Assembly: GCA_951406725.2 (NCBI GenBank)
Contig: OX597842.1
Coordinates: 4,588,001-4,652,000, forward strand
Length of the DNA stretch: 64,000 nucleotides
Origin: Octopus vulgaris
Lineage: Eukaryota
Direction of reading: 5' to 3'
Below the pieces are notes generated by a model. It had not been told where the DNA came from, made no database searches, and worked only from the letters and a program-made list of their open reading frames with translations. A program made the position numbers and the translations under genes. Position 1 is the first letter of the stretch. Every line of letters starts with the position of its first letter. This document shows positions 26,071 through 41,476 of the stretch, one piece after another.

Positions 26071-26445
26071 TCTTAATTTCACTTGAGCAATTCTTCGTTT
26101 GCAGTCCTATATATCTTTTTTTTTTCCATAAAGAGAAATGAAAGTTATTTCTTGTCATATATATTTATATATATGTGTGCGTGTATGTATATATATATAT
26201 GTGTGTGTGTGTGTATATATATATGTGTGTGTATATATATTTTCGTCGCTTTGGGACCACGACCTGTTCACTGACAAAAACAGGTCGTGGTCCCAAAGCG
26301 ACGAAAAGTTTTTGACAAATTGAACTTAAATGTTGAAGTGAATCTAACGGTTTTGTGTGTTTCTTAAATGGCTTATAAACACCTTCCACGCTGCAACTGT
26401 TTTCATTCCAGCACATGATCTCAGATCAAGTCACTCGCTATGCAA

Positions 26446-26519
<74 letters not shown>

Positions 26520-27169
26520 ATAGAGAGAGAGATGTAATAAGCTCAGGCATGGTGGTAAGAAGTTTGCTGCCCAACCACATGGTTCTGGGTTCAGTCCCAC
26601 TGCTTGACACCTTGGGCAAGTGTCTTCTGCTATAGACTTAGGCCAACCAAAGCCTTGTGAGTGGATTTGGAAGATGGAAACTGAATGATGATGATAATGG
26701 TACATGTGTGTGTGTGTGTCTTTCTGTTTGTCCCCACTACCACCACCACCACTTGACAACCAGTCTTGGTGTATTTATGTCCCCCATAACATAGTGATTC
26801 AGCAAAAGAGACTGATAGAATAAGTAGCAGGCTCAAAAGAAATAAGTACTGGGGCCAATTTGTTCAACAAAAATTCTTCAGCATGGTGCTCCAGCATGGC
26901 CACAGTCTAATGACTGAAACAAGTAAAGGACAAAAGATATATATAACTATAAAGGCTTTATTGGATAGATTCATATTCACCCATCATACAGAGAATACTG
27001 GAAAACTAGATTACTGTAAGCTACATCTCTGTATAACCTTATATATATCTTTTTCTTTACTTAGGTGTTTGTTTATTTGCTTTTTGGTGGAGTGGTAGGT
27101 TTTTTCAATAAAATTAAATATTTTTATATGAAATTTAACTGAAGCACATTCTAACTACCTACCTATGTA

Positions 27170-27240
<71 letters not shown>

Positions 27241-27592
27241 CAGAGTAAGAGAAAACATCAGTGATGTCTCTTTTGGTCTTTCCTACAGCTGTTTCAATAA
27301 TTCTTACATATCGCATAAGTATTATTGAAACAGCTGCCTGATTGAATGTCTTGAGATATCACTGATGTTCATAGATATAGATTCATACATGTGAATGTAG
27401 GTGTTTAATGGAATACATTAACTTATATTATTGGACATTTGTAGTATGTACAAAGCACACTAATATTGTCTGTGTGCATTGAATATATACATATATATAT
27501 ATATATACATACATATATGTATGTTACATATATTAAGATAATACATCATATATATATATATGTTACATATATTAAGATAATACATCATATAT

Positions 27593-27659
<67 letters not shown>

Positions 27660-27803
27660 TATATTCCTACACTCTAATATAAAGTATAGGCTAAATATGA
27701 GGCTAATAATCTTCAGAATTTTTAAACCCATTAATAACATCACAACAACTACAGTAACAACAGCACAGCAACAACAACTAGAAAAATGTTATTGGTGTTT
27801 CAG

Positions 27804-27949
27804 ATCACGACATCTTCAAATTCTAACGAAACCTCCACCCTGAAGTCACCCAGACAAACAGCATCGACGACTGCGATCACTGATTTACATAAACCCCGTC
27901 ACGTAACCACTGCTATCTACGCAACAGATCCTCAACAGAGAGCGTTTAG
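27804..27949 (+). CDS. unc5: UNC-5 exon, Ser/Thr-rich linker before the death domain (ITTSSNSNE...DPQQRAFR)
   Basis: tttcag| acceptor, |gtaact donor; phase 0-2 exactly bridges the neighbouring exons and ends in AFR, the start of the death domain. Confidence 0.85.
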
Positions 27950-28644
27950 GTAACTATACGTAATATATCTGTCACACTGCTGCTACTGCTAATAATAATA
28001 TTGGATACAGTTATAGGTGTAGTCTTAATATAGAGCCTTGCTGTATGCTAACATTTTCACAATCTTATTGATGCCTTAGTAAAAATAGTGTTTTCTTAAG
28101 TGTATGTGATATTTACTTATGTCACTCTGCCATTGCTACCACTACTGCTTATTAAATTATTAATAACGATGATGATAACATTGACTGTGGTTATAGGCTT
28201 AGTTATAATATAGAGCCTTGCTATATGCTATTTTTCACAAACTTTGTTGAAGCTTCACTTAAGACATTTATTAACTGTATGTAATACTGTATATGCATAT
28301 ATGTCACTACTACTGCTGCTGCTACTACTACTACTACTACTAATAATAATAATGATGATAATAATAATAATAACAATTATTATTATTATTATGGTTTTAA
28401 GTGCTAGCACAAGGCCAGCAATTTCTAGGGAGGTGGGGTAGTCGATTAACCCCATTGCTCAACTGGTTCTCATTTCATCGACCCCAAAAGGATGAAAGGC
28501 AAAGTCAGCCTCAACAGAATTTGAACTCAGAATGTAAAGAGTTGGAAGACATTCTGCTAAACATTTTGCTTGGCATGCTAAGGATTTTGCCAGTTCAACA
28601 TCTAGATGATAATAATAATATTAATAATAATAATTTCAGATGAA

Positions 28645-29005
28645 AATCATGTCCCCTCATTGATATGACTATTCCAATCGATATTAAGAACTACCAGAAA
28701 CTGAGCAAATATAAAGATCTTGAAATAGAAATTGGCAAATTGTGGACCCTCATGACTAGAACAATACCTATGACAGTACCCTAGGAATGATAGCAAAAAG
28801 TAATCCAAAAATGGAAAAAAATTTTTAAATAGTGTCCATGGGAACAAACTTTTAATTTTCTATTTTGACAGACATTGAACAAAAGCAAAAAATATGGTAC
28901 CCTAGTCATAATACTGACTTGAATTTCTAACTTGTCTCTTGAGGTCTCTGGGGGAGACTTGGAGTCAACCTGTATAAATACAAAGCAAAAGCCAAGCTTA
29001 TAATA
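28645..29005 (+). mobile_element. Short remnant of an R4/Dong-like LINE endonuclease
   Basis: LIDMTIPID..YQKLSKYKDLEIEIGKLW motif; sits between (AAT)n tracts. Confidence 0.6.
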
Positions 29006-30286
29006 ATTTCTTCTGACAGCACAAATCCTGAAATTTTGGGGGTAGAGGGTTAGTTCCTTACATTCCTCTCTAGTACCTTATTTTATCAACTCCTAAAGGA
29101 TGAAAGGCAAAAAGAAATGCCACAGAGCATTTTGTTTGACGCACTGATAATTCTAACAGCTCAATGTCCTCTGATGTTGTCAAGGATTGAACTTGGGGAC
29201 CTGTGCTATCTCTTGTTATGATAATATCATGCCAAAAAAACAGACCTCATCAGTGCTGGTGCCACATAAAATACCATTCAGTCCACTCTGCAAGGTAGTT
29301 GGCATTAGGAAGGGTATCCAACCATAAAAATCATGCCAAACCAGATAGTGAAGCCTGGTGCGGTCTTCTGGCTAGCCAGCTCCAGTCAAACCATCCAACC
29401 CATGCCAGGACAGAAAACAAACATTAAGTGATGATGATGATGATGACAATATAATAACAACAACAATTATAGGTTATAGATGTAGACCTAATATAGACCT
29501 TTGCTGTACACTGATATGTCCACAGATTTTGTTAAAGTCCCACGAAATATTGTGTTTAAATATGTCATACCTGCTGCTACTGGTGTTGCTGCTGATAATA
29601 AAGATAATTATTTTAATAATGGTTCATCTTCTGTGTCAGTCTCTGCCCCATTGATTACATTGCTCTGAATGAAGCCAATAAATAATAGTCTTGCGAGGTG
29701 CAGAGTAACCTCACCTGTGCTGGTGCTGTAATGAAAACACAGCTTTGACTGGTGAATGTGCAGGGACAGCATTCACTCAAGAGACTCTTTAGTTCCATCT
29801 AGTTAAGGGCATAACAACCTCTCTTGTGTTGGTGCCACAGTATAATGTACCCAGTGGCTGATGTTAGGAAGGGTACCGTGCCATTGAAAACATGACAAAA
29901 TAAAATGTACAAATGAGACAATCCCTTTCTTTGGGCAACTTCAACTTGTCCTCATGCTGCCAAGAAAGCAAATTTAATATGATTATAGATGGGGCAATAA
30001 AGAAGGGCCTTGCTCTACACCAACTTTTTCATAGAATTTTATTAAAGCTTCAAGATAATTGGATATTAAAGTAAATAAAGTACACTTATTGACACTGCTA
30101 GTGCTAGTACTTCTACTAATGAATATCATAATAATAGTAATGAATAGTTATGGTTAGAAATAAAAGTGAGCTTTGCTGCAGACTACTAACCTTGCTACTT
30201 ATAATACTGCTATAACTTCTACTAATATTAGTAAGAAAAATATATTGGTAATGAATAATAATGACCGTGATTATAGTATTATTATT

Positions 30287-31215
<929 letters not shown>

Positions 31216-31789
31216 ATACATATATGCACACACACACTTGAGTGAGCACATAAATGTAAAACAAGGTGGAACAAAATAGTACTTGAATACTGAAGGTAGA
31301 GTAATATGCTTTTATTAAAGCTGAGACAAACTTACTCAGGGTTTCATGTTAGCATTCATCGGACAATTGTGATCCCAACTGTCCATCAAACAGTAACATG
31401 AAATTCTCAGTAACAGGTTGTAAACCAACAAACGATATTCTGATAAACTACCAAAACAACACCTCACAACTTCCTGCGATTAACACCTGCTCTGTCTGGT
31501 CTCTCACTCAGACCTCTACTCTTTATAATCATTTGGTCAAGTCCATTCTCACCGTGGGGTGTCATGATTTTCACCACAGAATGCAGGCAAGTCCCTTTCC
31601 AGCTACAAACAAAAGCAAAATCCCACAAAAATTACCCCACAGATCCTTTGGCCCCAATTTATACAAGGAGACTCAGATGACATCAATCCAGTCTTGAGGC
31701 ACTTTCTCAGTTCTCCAACAGTGACGAATTAATATATTTAAGAGTTCAGACATTTTGTCACCCCCTTATTTCAAAAACTCTACATAGAT

Positions 31790-32217
31790 TCCATCAGACC
31801 CTGGAAACTTATTGTTATTCCGCTTATTCACAACTAAATAAATGTCATAAACGAAGCTTCTTGAAGGCTGAAAGAGCAACTGCAGATTGCTCTAAGGAAA
31901 ATTGAACAGGAATGGTGGAATGATATGGCAAAAGGGGTGCAAAAAGCAGCTGTTAGAAATGATGCCCGAAATCTTCAAAAGGTCCAGTGAGAACAGTAAA
32001 TGGACATTTGCTTCAGACTGACACCACTTCTGGTCATAAGCATTGCGTAAAACGTTTTTCTGCACTTTTGAATAGAGCACCATTCTGTTGACATGAGGAT
32101 GATAGAAAAATATTGAACAGCTTCCAGTTATAGAGGAGATGGCATTTGAACCAACTCTAAATGACATTTATTTAGCTGTGAATAAGCTGAATAATAATAA
32201 ATCTCCAGGGTCTGGAG
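31790..32217 (+). mobile_element. Decayed LINE (RTE-like) ORF2 linker fragment
   Basis: QLPVIEEMAFEPTLNDIYLAVNKLNNNKSPGSG resembles the pre-RT KAPG motif. Confidence 0.6.
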
Positions 32218-32624
32218 ACTTATACATAAATATGTATGTGTGTGTGTGTGTGTGTGTGTATGCATCATCATCATCATTTCACATCTGTTGTCCATGCTGG
32301 CATGGGTTGCATGGTTTGACTAGACTGGCATGATTTGGCATGGTTTTCTATAGCTAGAGGCCCTTCCTAACGCCAACCACTCCAAGAGTCTAAAGGGTGC
32401 TTTCACGTGCCACCAGCATGGGAGCTATTTGTGTAACATTGTATATACAGAAGCTCTGTAAATGTTTTATAATTTTTATAGAATACATTTCTCTATTGTT
32501 GCTTTCTGTTTTTAGATATTCTAAATGAATTTGTAAATTTAAATTATCCACAACTGTGATTTTGCTCGGCTTGATGGGTCTTCTTCTCAAGCACAACATA
32601 ATGCCAAAGGCCTTCATCATTGTG

Positions 32625-33610
32625 TCTGTGAGGCCCAACACTCGAAAGGAACTCGGCCACTTTGCCTCCATGAGACCCAATGCTCAAAAGAAACTCGGCC
32701 ACTTTGCCTCCATGAGGCCCAATGCTCAAAAGAAACTCGGCCACTTTGCCTCCATGAGGCCCAATGCTCAAAAGAAACTCGGCCACTTTGCCTCCATGAG
32801 GCCCAATGCTCAAAGAAACTCGGCCACTTTGCCTCCATGAGGCCCAATGCTCAAAAGAAACTCGGCCACTTTGCCTCCATGAGACCCAATGCTCAAAAGA
32901 AACTCGGCCACTTTGCCTCCATGAGGCCCAATGCTCAAAAGAAACTCAGCCACTTTGCCTCCATGAGGCCCAATGCTCAAAAGGAACTCGGCCACTTTGC
33001 CTCCATGAGACCCAACGCTCAAAAGAAACTCGGCCACTTTGCCTCCATGAGACCCAATGCTCAAAAGAAACTCGGCCACTTTGCCTCCATGAGACCCAAT
33101 GCTCAAAAGAAACTCGGCCACTTTGCCTCCATGAGACCCAATGCTCAAAAGAAACTCGGCCACTTTGCCTCCATGAGGCCCAATGCTCAAAAGAAACTCG
33201 GCCACTTTGCCTCCATGAGACCCAATGCTCAAAAGAAACTCGGCCACTTTGCCTCCATGAGGCCCAATGCTCAAAAGAAACTCGGCCACTTTGCCTCCAT
33301 GAGGCCCAATGCTCAAAAGAAACTCGGCCACTTTGCCTCCATGAGGCCCAATGCTCAAAAGAAACTCGGCCACTTTGCCTCCATGAGGCCCAATGCTCAA
33401 AAGAAACTCGGCCACTTTGCCTCCATGAGGCCCAATGCTCAAAAGAAACTCGGCCACTTTGCCTCCATGAGGCCCAATGCTCAAAAGAAACTCGGCCACT
33501 TTGCCTCCATGAGGCCCAATGCTCAAAAGAAACTCGGCCACTTTGCCTCCATGAGGTCCAATGCTCAAGAGGAACTCAGCCACTTTGCTTCCGTGAGGCC
33601 CAACATTCAA
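32625..33610. repeat. 42-bp tandem repeat (~23 copies) expanded inside an RTE-like LINE 3' remnant (32545-33815, minus strand)
   Basis: Unit GAGGCCCAATGCTCAAAAGAAACTCGGCCACTTTGCCTCCAT; minus-strand flank encodes GTCGRGRPRKTWDEVVKHDL. Confidence 0.95.
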
Positions 33611-33871
33611 AGGTTGATTTATGTGTCACCAGCACAGGTGCACTTGGCCTGACAGGTCTTGGCCTGACAGGTCCTCTTAAGCAGAGCACATCACCAAAGG
33701 TCTCAGTCACTAGTCGTTGCCTCTTTCAGGCTCAAAGTTCAAAGGTCATGCTTCACCACCTCGTCCCATGTTTTCCTGGGTCTACCTCTACCGCAGGTTC
33801 CCTCCACAGATCAGCACTTACATATATATATATGTGTGTATAAACATTTTATATATATACAAATATATACA

Positions 33872-33911
<40 letters not shown>

Positions 33912-34327
33912 GCAGGCATGGCTTATAGGCGCAGAAGTGGTTGTGTGGTAAGTAGAATGCTTACCAACCACATGGTTCTGGGTTCAGTCCCACTGCGTGG
34001 CACCTTGGGCAAGTGTTTTCTACCATAGCCTCAGGCCAACCAAAGCCTTGTGAGTGGATTTGGTAGACGGAAACTAAAAAAATCCCATCATGTGTGTATG
34101 TGTGTGTGTGTATGTTTGTCCCCCAGCATCACTTGACAACCAATGCTGGTGTGTTTACATCTCTGTAACGTACCAGTTTAGCAAAAGAGACCAACAGAAT
34201 AAGTACTAGGCTTACAAAGAATAAGTCATGGGGCTGATTTGCTTTACTAAAGGGATGCTCCAGCATGACCACAGTCAAATGACTGAAACAAGTAAAACAA
34301 TAAAAGAATATGTACAATGTCACTAAA

Positions 34328-34445
34328 GCATTAGTATTGCTAGAAATAAGAGTCAAACCAACTCATAGCTACAATAATGCACTGTATTATGTGTATTATT
34401 GTGGCAATGAGTTGGTTTGACTCTTATTTCTAGCAATACTGGTGC
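34328..34445. repeat. 55-bp near-perfect hairpin with an 8-nt loop
   Basis: gcattagtattgctagaaataagagtcaaaccaactcat... pairs with ...atgagttggtttgactcttatttctagcaatactggtgc. Confidence 0.9.
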
Positions 34446-35660
34446 TGAATCACACCCTCAGTTGCTCTAGTGACATTATATATTTTTGCCTTTCGGTTGA
34501 AAAATTGCTAACAAGCCACTCTTATTATCTATATATCTATCTAGTAATAAATCACAGTATGTGTGTGTATAATGACTAACTCATGCACTTCCACAATTCT
34601 CAACCGATTTTCACCAAACTTTACACACACATTTATGTCCCAAGGATGATTATGCACTAAACATTTTGCCCAGAACTCCCGAATAAATGGAGCTAAATGG
34701 ACATAATTTTTTTTGTATGTAGGGTCTTCCATACTTTTTTCATCTTTTTATAAAAGTGAAAAAATTTTGTCCACTTCTTTATTTCAATTGTCCACCTGCC
34801 GTGGTGATTAAATTGGCTAGGAACACTGTATGCAATGAATATCCAATACCAAACAATCTTAATCTCCATATTTAAACTGCATTAAACTTTGGCAAGCTTA
34901 CCTTTACCTATTTTGAGTTACCTGAAAGGTGATGTTCCCTTCCCACTCTTCTATTTGTTGATACCTTTGTTTACCTACCAATGCATTGTTTCACTTTAAG
35001 GATGTTTATTTACCCATCCATTATGATATTTCGATTGTTGTCCATTGTTTCAAATCCATTTTAGCATTGCCATTCTAGCCATTTTTAAAACAATCACATA
35101 TGATTTAACCCAAAGAATCAACCTTTAAATAAGAGCTTTGCTTCCACTAGTGAATGCTATATGTATCTTTCAGAAAGATCCATACCAATTTAACTTTATG
35201 CAGCATTTATAGTTAGTTTATGCACAGGCTATGTGGGAAGACAGAATAAAGGGGCTTTTGTTAGCTTATCTCCATGAAAAAATAGCTCCTTTTGCTGCTG
35301 AAAAAAATAGAAGAGAGGTTTCAACGTCTTCCTTCAATTTCATTACACCATTTATGTGGCTGTTTCTGACAAGAAATTTCACTTAGATATAAAACAACTA
35401 TATTTTGTAGTCTACTCCCAGTAGCTCTGCTTTGCATCGCTTGCAAACTTATATGTTTTATGATCATTAAAATACAATAACCTCCACAATAACCAGCTTT
35501 CAGTTTGATTTTCCATTCCTAGGTTAATTGGAAACATAGAATGCTGTGCTATTCATAAACCTTCTTTGTAGTTCAATTATTTGGTGAAAAGAATACCACC
35601 AAAGCAACTTAAACATTTGCTAGTATATATATATATAAGCATTTTGTGTATGTGTATATG

Positions 35661-35704
<44 letters not shown>

Positions 35705-37006
35705 ATATCAACATCAGCATCAAAATAAATATCAAATGGAAATTGTATTTACGATACCTGTGCTGGTGGCACGTAAAAAGCACCATCCGAATGTGGCCGA
35801 TGCCAGCCTCCCCTGGCATGTAAAAAGCACCCACTACACTCATGGAGTGGTTGGCGTTAGGAAGGGCATCCAGCCGTAGAAATACTGCCAGATCAGACTG
35901 GAGCCTAGTGCAGCCTCCTGGCTTCCCAGACCCCGGTCGAACCGTCCAACCTGTGCTAGCATGGAAAACGGATGTTAAATGATGATATCTATCTTCCCTG
36001 CATTTTATGTGGCACTGGCCCAAAGTCCTTGCAATCGAATCCTATTTAAAGAGCCCTGTGCTGGTGCCACTTAAAAACCCCCATGCTGGCACCCCATAAT
36101 AGCACCCTTGCAGGTACCACATAAAAGCATCCAGAAGCTGAAAGAAGCCCACCATATATACCTTTTCTCTTTTACATGTTTTGGTCATTAGTCTGTGGCC
36201 ATGCTGGAGCACTGCTTTGAAGAATTTTAGTCAAATGAATTGACCTCAGTACATTTTTCTTTTTGTTTTTTAAGCCTGGTACTTATTCCATTGAACACTT
36301 CTGTTGAACTGCTAAGTTATGGGGGTGCAAACATGCCAACAGTAGTTGTCTAGTGGTGGTGGTGGTGGTGGGGGACAAACAGAGACACACAGACATACAT
36401 ACATATAAAGTGGTTGACATTAGGAAGGGCATCCAGCCATAGAAACCATTCAAAATCAGATTAGATCTTGGTGCCAGCTTTGGTCAAACTGCCCAACCCA
36501 TGTCAGCATGGAAAACAGAGGTTAAAGGATAGTGATTCATTTCCAGTTTTATTGTTGAAAATATGTCCAGCCAGGGAGAAATATTACCTTGTTTGGAAGC
36601 AGGTGAGGGTTAGCAACAGGAAAAGCATCCAACTTCAGTGAATTCCATCTGACCCATGCAGGCATGGAAAAGTGGACGTTAAAACAATGATGAGGATGAA
36701 AGTGTGTGTGTGTGTGTGTGTGTGTGTTGATTCAACACTGTTTGAGCAAAAATGGTAACATTCTTTACCTATCTCATTACTTCTGATATGGACAAGGTTG
36801 GGGGGAAAAAAAGCAAACCAAGTGTTGGTGACAGGTTGAGCACCCGTCTGTAGAAAAACAACTTCTACAAATCTCATCTCACCAATACCAGCATGTTAAT
36901 GTTGATATAAGCATCTATGAGCATCTATGTGTGTATAAACATTTTATATATATTCATTCTCATGTATTCATATATACCAGATTATGTATGCATGTGTAAA
37001 TATATG

Positions 37007-37039
<33 letters not shown>

Positions 37040-37759
37040 ATAAATATATACACACATATATATATTCCAAGAAAGTTAGAGGTTGTGAATCCAACCCACT
37101 AAGGGATAATATCTATCCAATATACTGCTGATAGAATACCCAATTATTAATACACAAGGGTTTTCTCTTGCATTGCAATTACATTACCGAGTGTACTAAA
37201 TCGGTGAAGGTAAAGATATATTTTACCATTAATTTATATAGAAAATGGAGGGGATCAATAGGTGGTTCATCAACTTTTAGACATCATATTATGTCTATTT
37301 ATTTATTTATTTACTAAAATGACAATTACAAGAATATACATACATGTATAACATATTATGCTTTACATATAAAATATATTAATATATAAAGATACCAGTA
37401 ATTATTAAAATATAACATACAGGAATATATATTATTATTATTATTATCATTAGACAATACAAAGAGTGCAATGCCATTGCAATAGCTGTTTTATTGGTTG
37501 AGCAATATTCTGACATCAAGCCTGTTTTTGTCGCGTTCAAAATGAAAAGCAATACATAGAAATTCAAAGTTTGAGTGAGGCAACCAGCGTTCCCACATTA
37601 ATGGGATAACGTCATCAGTCTTCAATTTTCAAGTTTACAACTGGCAAAAAGAAAAAGAAAGAAAAAAAGAAAAGGACAAATAACATTTAATCAAACAGCT
37701 TTGTGGAAATATGTTGAAATTCTCTTGTCCTTTTATTCTTCCCTCCAGTGTGTGATGTT

Positions 37760-38490
37760 AATAACTAATGAACATATTTCTCCTCATGCATTTCGAGGAC
37801 TGAAAGTGTAGCAGATTCAGAATATTTTCTGAGAATATGCACTTTCAATTTTTTTTTCAAAATTGCAGCCGGTTGAAACGAAATGTTTGTCAAGTTCTGG
37901 TGAATTACTGTTATTGTGCCATATCTGCGTCCATTTAATCTTTTGTTTAATTGTTCCGTTGTACAACCTACATAAATTGTGTTTGGTGCAGTCTGCTGTG
38001 TACACCAAATGGGGATCTCTACGCATCCCACCTTCCGTGTAAATCATAATATTTCTTGTTATGATTCCTGATGGAATTGATGGCTCATGTTGCACAATGG
38101 AAAGGGCTTCTCTTGCAGCTGTTTTCAAAGTACAGCATGCAGACACTCTAATGTTAGTTTCCTTGGAGTCAGAAATAGAGGTTAATAGTTCTCTTATATT
38201 TGTATTCCTTCTAAAGGCTACAATAGGTAGCTGAGGAAATATATGTTTGAAACGAAGATATTTTCTGCAACATGCTGATAACTTTCATGCAACACTTTTG
38301 AAATGCCAGCAAAATTTCGGTGCCAGTTAATCACTAAAGGAATTCTGCCATATATTGTACTTTGTTTGCTAAAATTATGTGTGAAAGTTTGACTTTCCTT
38401 GTCAGAGCTATTCATTACCAGTAATCTCATCGGGTAAACTGAGCCAGTTTCTTTCAGTCTTTGAATTTTTTTTTTCTTTTGAAACATTAA
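37760..38490 (-). mobile_element. Decayed Penelope-like element, GIY-YIG endonuclease remnant
   Basis: Across frameshifts: LVYTADCTKH / IYVGCTTEQLNKRLNG / ELDKHF..C..LKVHIL..LEMHEEKY. Confidence 0.7.
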
Positions 38491-39169
38491 ATGAATGAAA
38501 GTTTGAAGAAAATGCTTTTCTTTCTGTTCCCAGAACTAGCATGACTTGTCCCACCTTCTTTCTGGCATTCATTCCCAGTTTTGAGAGGAGGGGTTAGTTG
38601 ATAACATCAGCCCCAAAAAGAATTATTTTTATTATTATTATTCATTTTTCTATTATAATCACATGGTTCCAGGTTCAGTCCCACTGCATGGCACCTTGGG
38701 CAAGTGTCTTCTATTATAGTCTTGGGTCAACCAAAGCCTTGAGGGGATTTAATAGATGGAAACTGAAAGAAGCCCATCACATGTGTGTGTGTTTGTATGC
38801 CTGTGTCTGTTTGTCCCCCAACATTGCTTGACAACTTGGGTTTGGCTATGTTTACATCTCCGTAACTTAGAATAAGTGCCAGGCTTAAAAATAAAAAAAC
38901 AAATACCAGTGTTGATTCATTCAACTAAAAGTTTCTCAATCCAGTGCTCCAGCATGGCCACATTCTAATGACTGAAACAAGTAAAATATAATAAGGAAAA
39001 AAATGGCCAAATAAACAGTATGTTTTGATATTTAATACACGATGTAGAATTTGTAGGCACATGACTACATATTATGAAGAGTTCAGTTACTGAAACCAGC
39101 CCAAGTATATGACTGGTACTTATTAGATAACCTACTGATCCCATATCTGTTGATTTGCCTCTATTTCAG

Positions 39170-39271
39170 ATTTCCTGCCCATATTCGGAACCAATTGTGC
39201 CTCTTGCTGAATTCACCCAATGCCCGCGGCAATGACTGGCGGATGTTGGCGCAGGCATTGACTGTTGACAG
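39170..39271 (+). CDS. unc5: UNC-5 exon, death domain (FPAHIRNQLCLLLNSPNARGNDWRMLAQALTVDR)
   Basis: tttcag| acceptor, |gtaagc donor, phase 2-2. Confidence 0.96.
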
Positions 39272-40468
39272 GTAAGCTTACCAATGCTGTTTTTAGTGCT
39301 GTTTAGCCCTAGGCCACTCCTAATCCAGTGGCTCTATGAATCAAATGTGTCCCAGCTGTGACCGTCTCATATTTTATCTAAGCATAGTGTATCAAGGGCT
39401 ACATTTTCTAATGTATAGTATAGTAGCTAGTATTAGTGACTATAGATGTTCTTTATCCCAACTCAGTCCTGATCCAGGAAACACCCATGTTTCCAGTGGT
39501 GAACGTTGCAAACGCCAAAGAATCCCTCTCCACACACGGCTATGATGTTCCCCCACTACTTCTGCTCGTGATCAGAGATGCACAAATCATCAGCCACTAA
39601 GGGACATATTCAACTGGTTAAGGTCAAACAACTGACAAACAAATCTGTGGTAGTGAACAGAATATTTGCAGTATTTGCCCATCTTTTATACATTTCCAAT
39701 CAGTTGAGATCAGAAGCCATGAGAGCCATTGCTTGGTACTGCATCAGGGCAATTATCATTATTAAGGCAGCGAGCTGGCAGAATCGTTAGCATGCCGGGT
39801 GAAATGCGTAGCCGTATTTCGTCTGCTGTTACGTTCTGAGTTCAAATTCCGCCGAAGTCGACTTTGCCTTTCATCCTTTTGGGGTCGATTAAATAAGTAC
39901 CAGTTACGCACTGGGGTCGATATAATCGACTTAATTCATTTGTCCTTGTTAGTCCTCTCTGTGTTTAGCCCCTTGTGGGTAGTAAAGAAATAGGCATTTC
40001 GCCTGTCATTATGTTCTCAGTTGAAATTCCACTAAGGCCGACTTTGCCTTTCATGTTTTCAGTCTCCAGTCTGATCTGGCAATGTTTCTACAGCTGGATG
40101 CCCTTCCTAATGCCAACCACTCCGTGAGTGTAGTGGATGCTTTTTACGTGCCACTGGCACAGAAGCCAGTCAAGGCAGCGCTGGAATCGACCACGTTCAG
40201 ATGGCACTCCTCATGTGCTGCCAGCACAGGAATCTCAACTACAATTTCCATTTGATCTTTACTTTGATGTTGATGTACTTGACTTAATAGGTTTCCAAAT
40301 TCTGCTGAGGTCAACTTTGCCTTTCAGAGTCAATAAATTAAGTACCACTTCAGTTCTGGGGGTCGATGTAATCAACTGGCCTCTTCCCCACAAATTTCAG
40401 GCCTTGTGCCTATATTAGAAAGAATTATTATTATTTTGTTTCTATTTTTGGTGTTGTTGTCATTGCAG

Positions 40469-40640
40469 GTACATAAATTACTTTGCAACGAAGCAAAGTC
40501 CAACGGAACACATCCTCGATCTCTGGGAGGCCCGGCACCGAGAGGACACAGCTGTCACAGACCTGATGAACATTTTACGTACAATGAGACGCATGGATGC
40601 GGCAGCCGTGCTCGAGAATGACTCTGGGGCTTGGTTATGA
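40469..40640 (+). CDS. unc5: UNC-5 last coding exon, death domain (YINYFATKQSPTEHILDLWEAR...GAWL*)
   Basis: ttgcag| acceptor, TGA stop at 40638-40640. Confidence 0.96.
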
Positions 40641-41063
40641 ACAACAACAACAACAACAACAAGGGACTATTACAGCAACTACTATTAAAACTACTACTAT
40701 TACTATTAATACTACAACAATATTACAATGTACAAATAACAACATGTTGGCCTCTGGGAAGAGGATGATATATATACAGACTTGAGAGGAGTGTGAATGG
40801 GATGATGTATATACACACAAATTATTGTATGTGTTTGCGTATATAAATATATATATGTGTGTGTGTATGTATGTATATCTAAATGTAAGTATATATATTT
40901 ATATATATATATATAAATATAAATGTATGTATATATACATGTGTATATATATATGTGCCTATATGTATATATAATATACATGTATACATGTACATATAAT
41001 ATACATGTATACATATGTATACATATGTACATATATATATATATGTATGTATACATATATATA

Positions 41064-41100
<37 letters not shown>

Positions 41101-41328
41101 GTATACATATACATGTATATATATATGTATACATATACATGTATATATATATATGTACACATGTATATATGTGTGTATATATATCATCATCATCATCGTT
41201 TAACGTCCGATGATGATGATGATGATGATATATGTGCATATATATGTATACATGTATGTGTATACATATATATATACATATGTATACAAATGTCAATATA
41301 TAGGTATGTATATATATACATATATCTT

Positions 41329-41359
<31 letters not shown>

Positions 41360-41444
41360 CTAAATATATATATATGTATGCATATACACGCACATAGATG
41401 CATGTATATATATATATGTGTGTGTGTGTGTGTGCGAATATACT

Positions 41445-41476
<32 letters not shown>

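Noticed and set aside
32806-33843. 345/271/266-aa repeat proteins
   Set aside because: By-products of a 42-bp stop-free tandem unit inside a LINE remnant; no splice or domain support.
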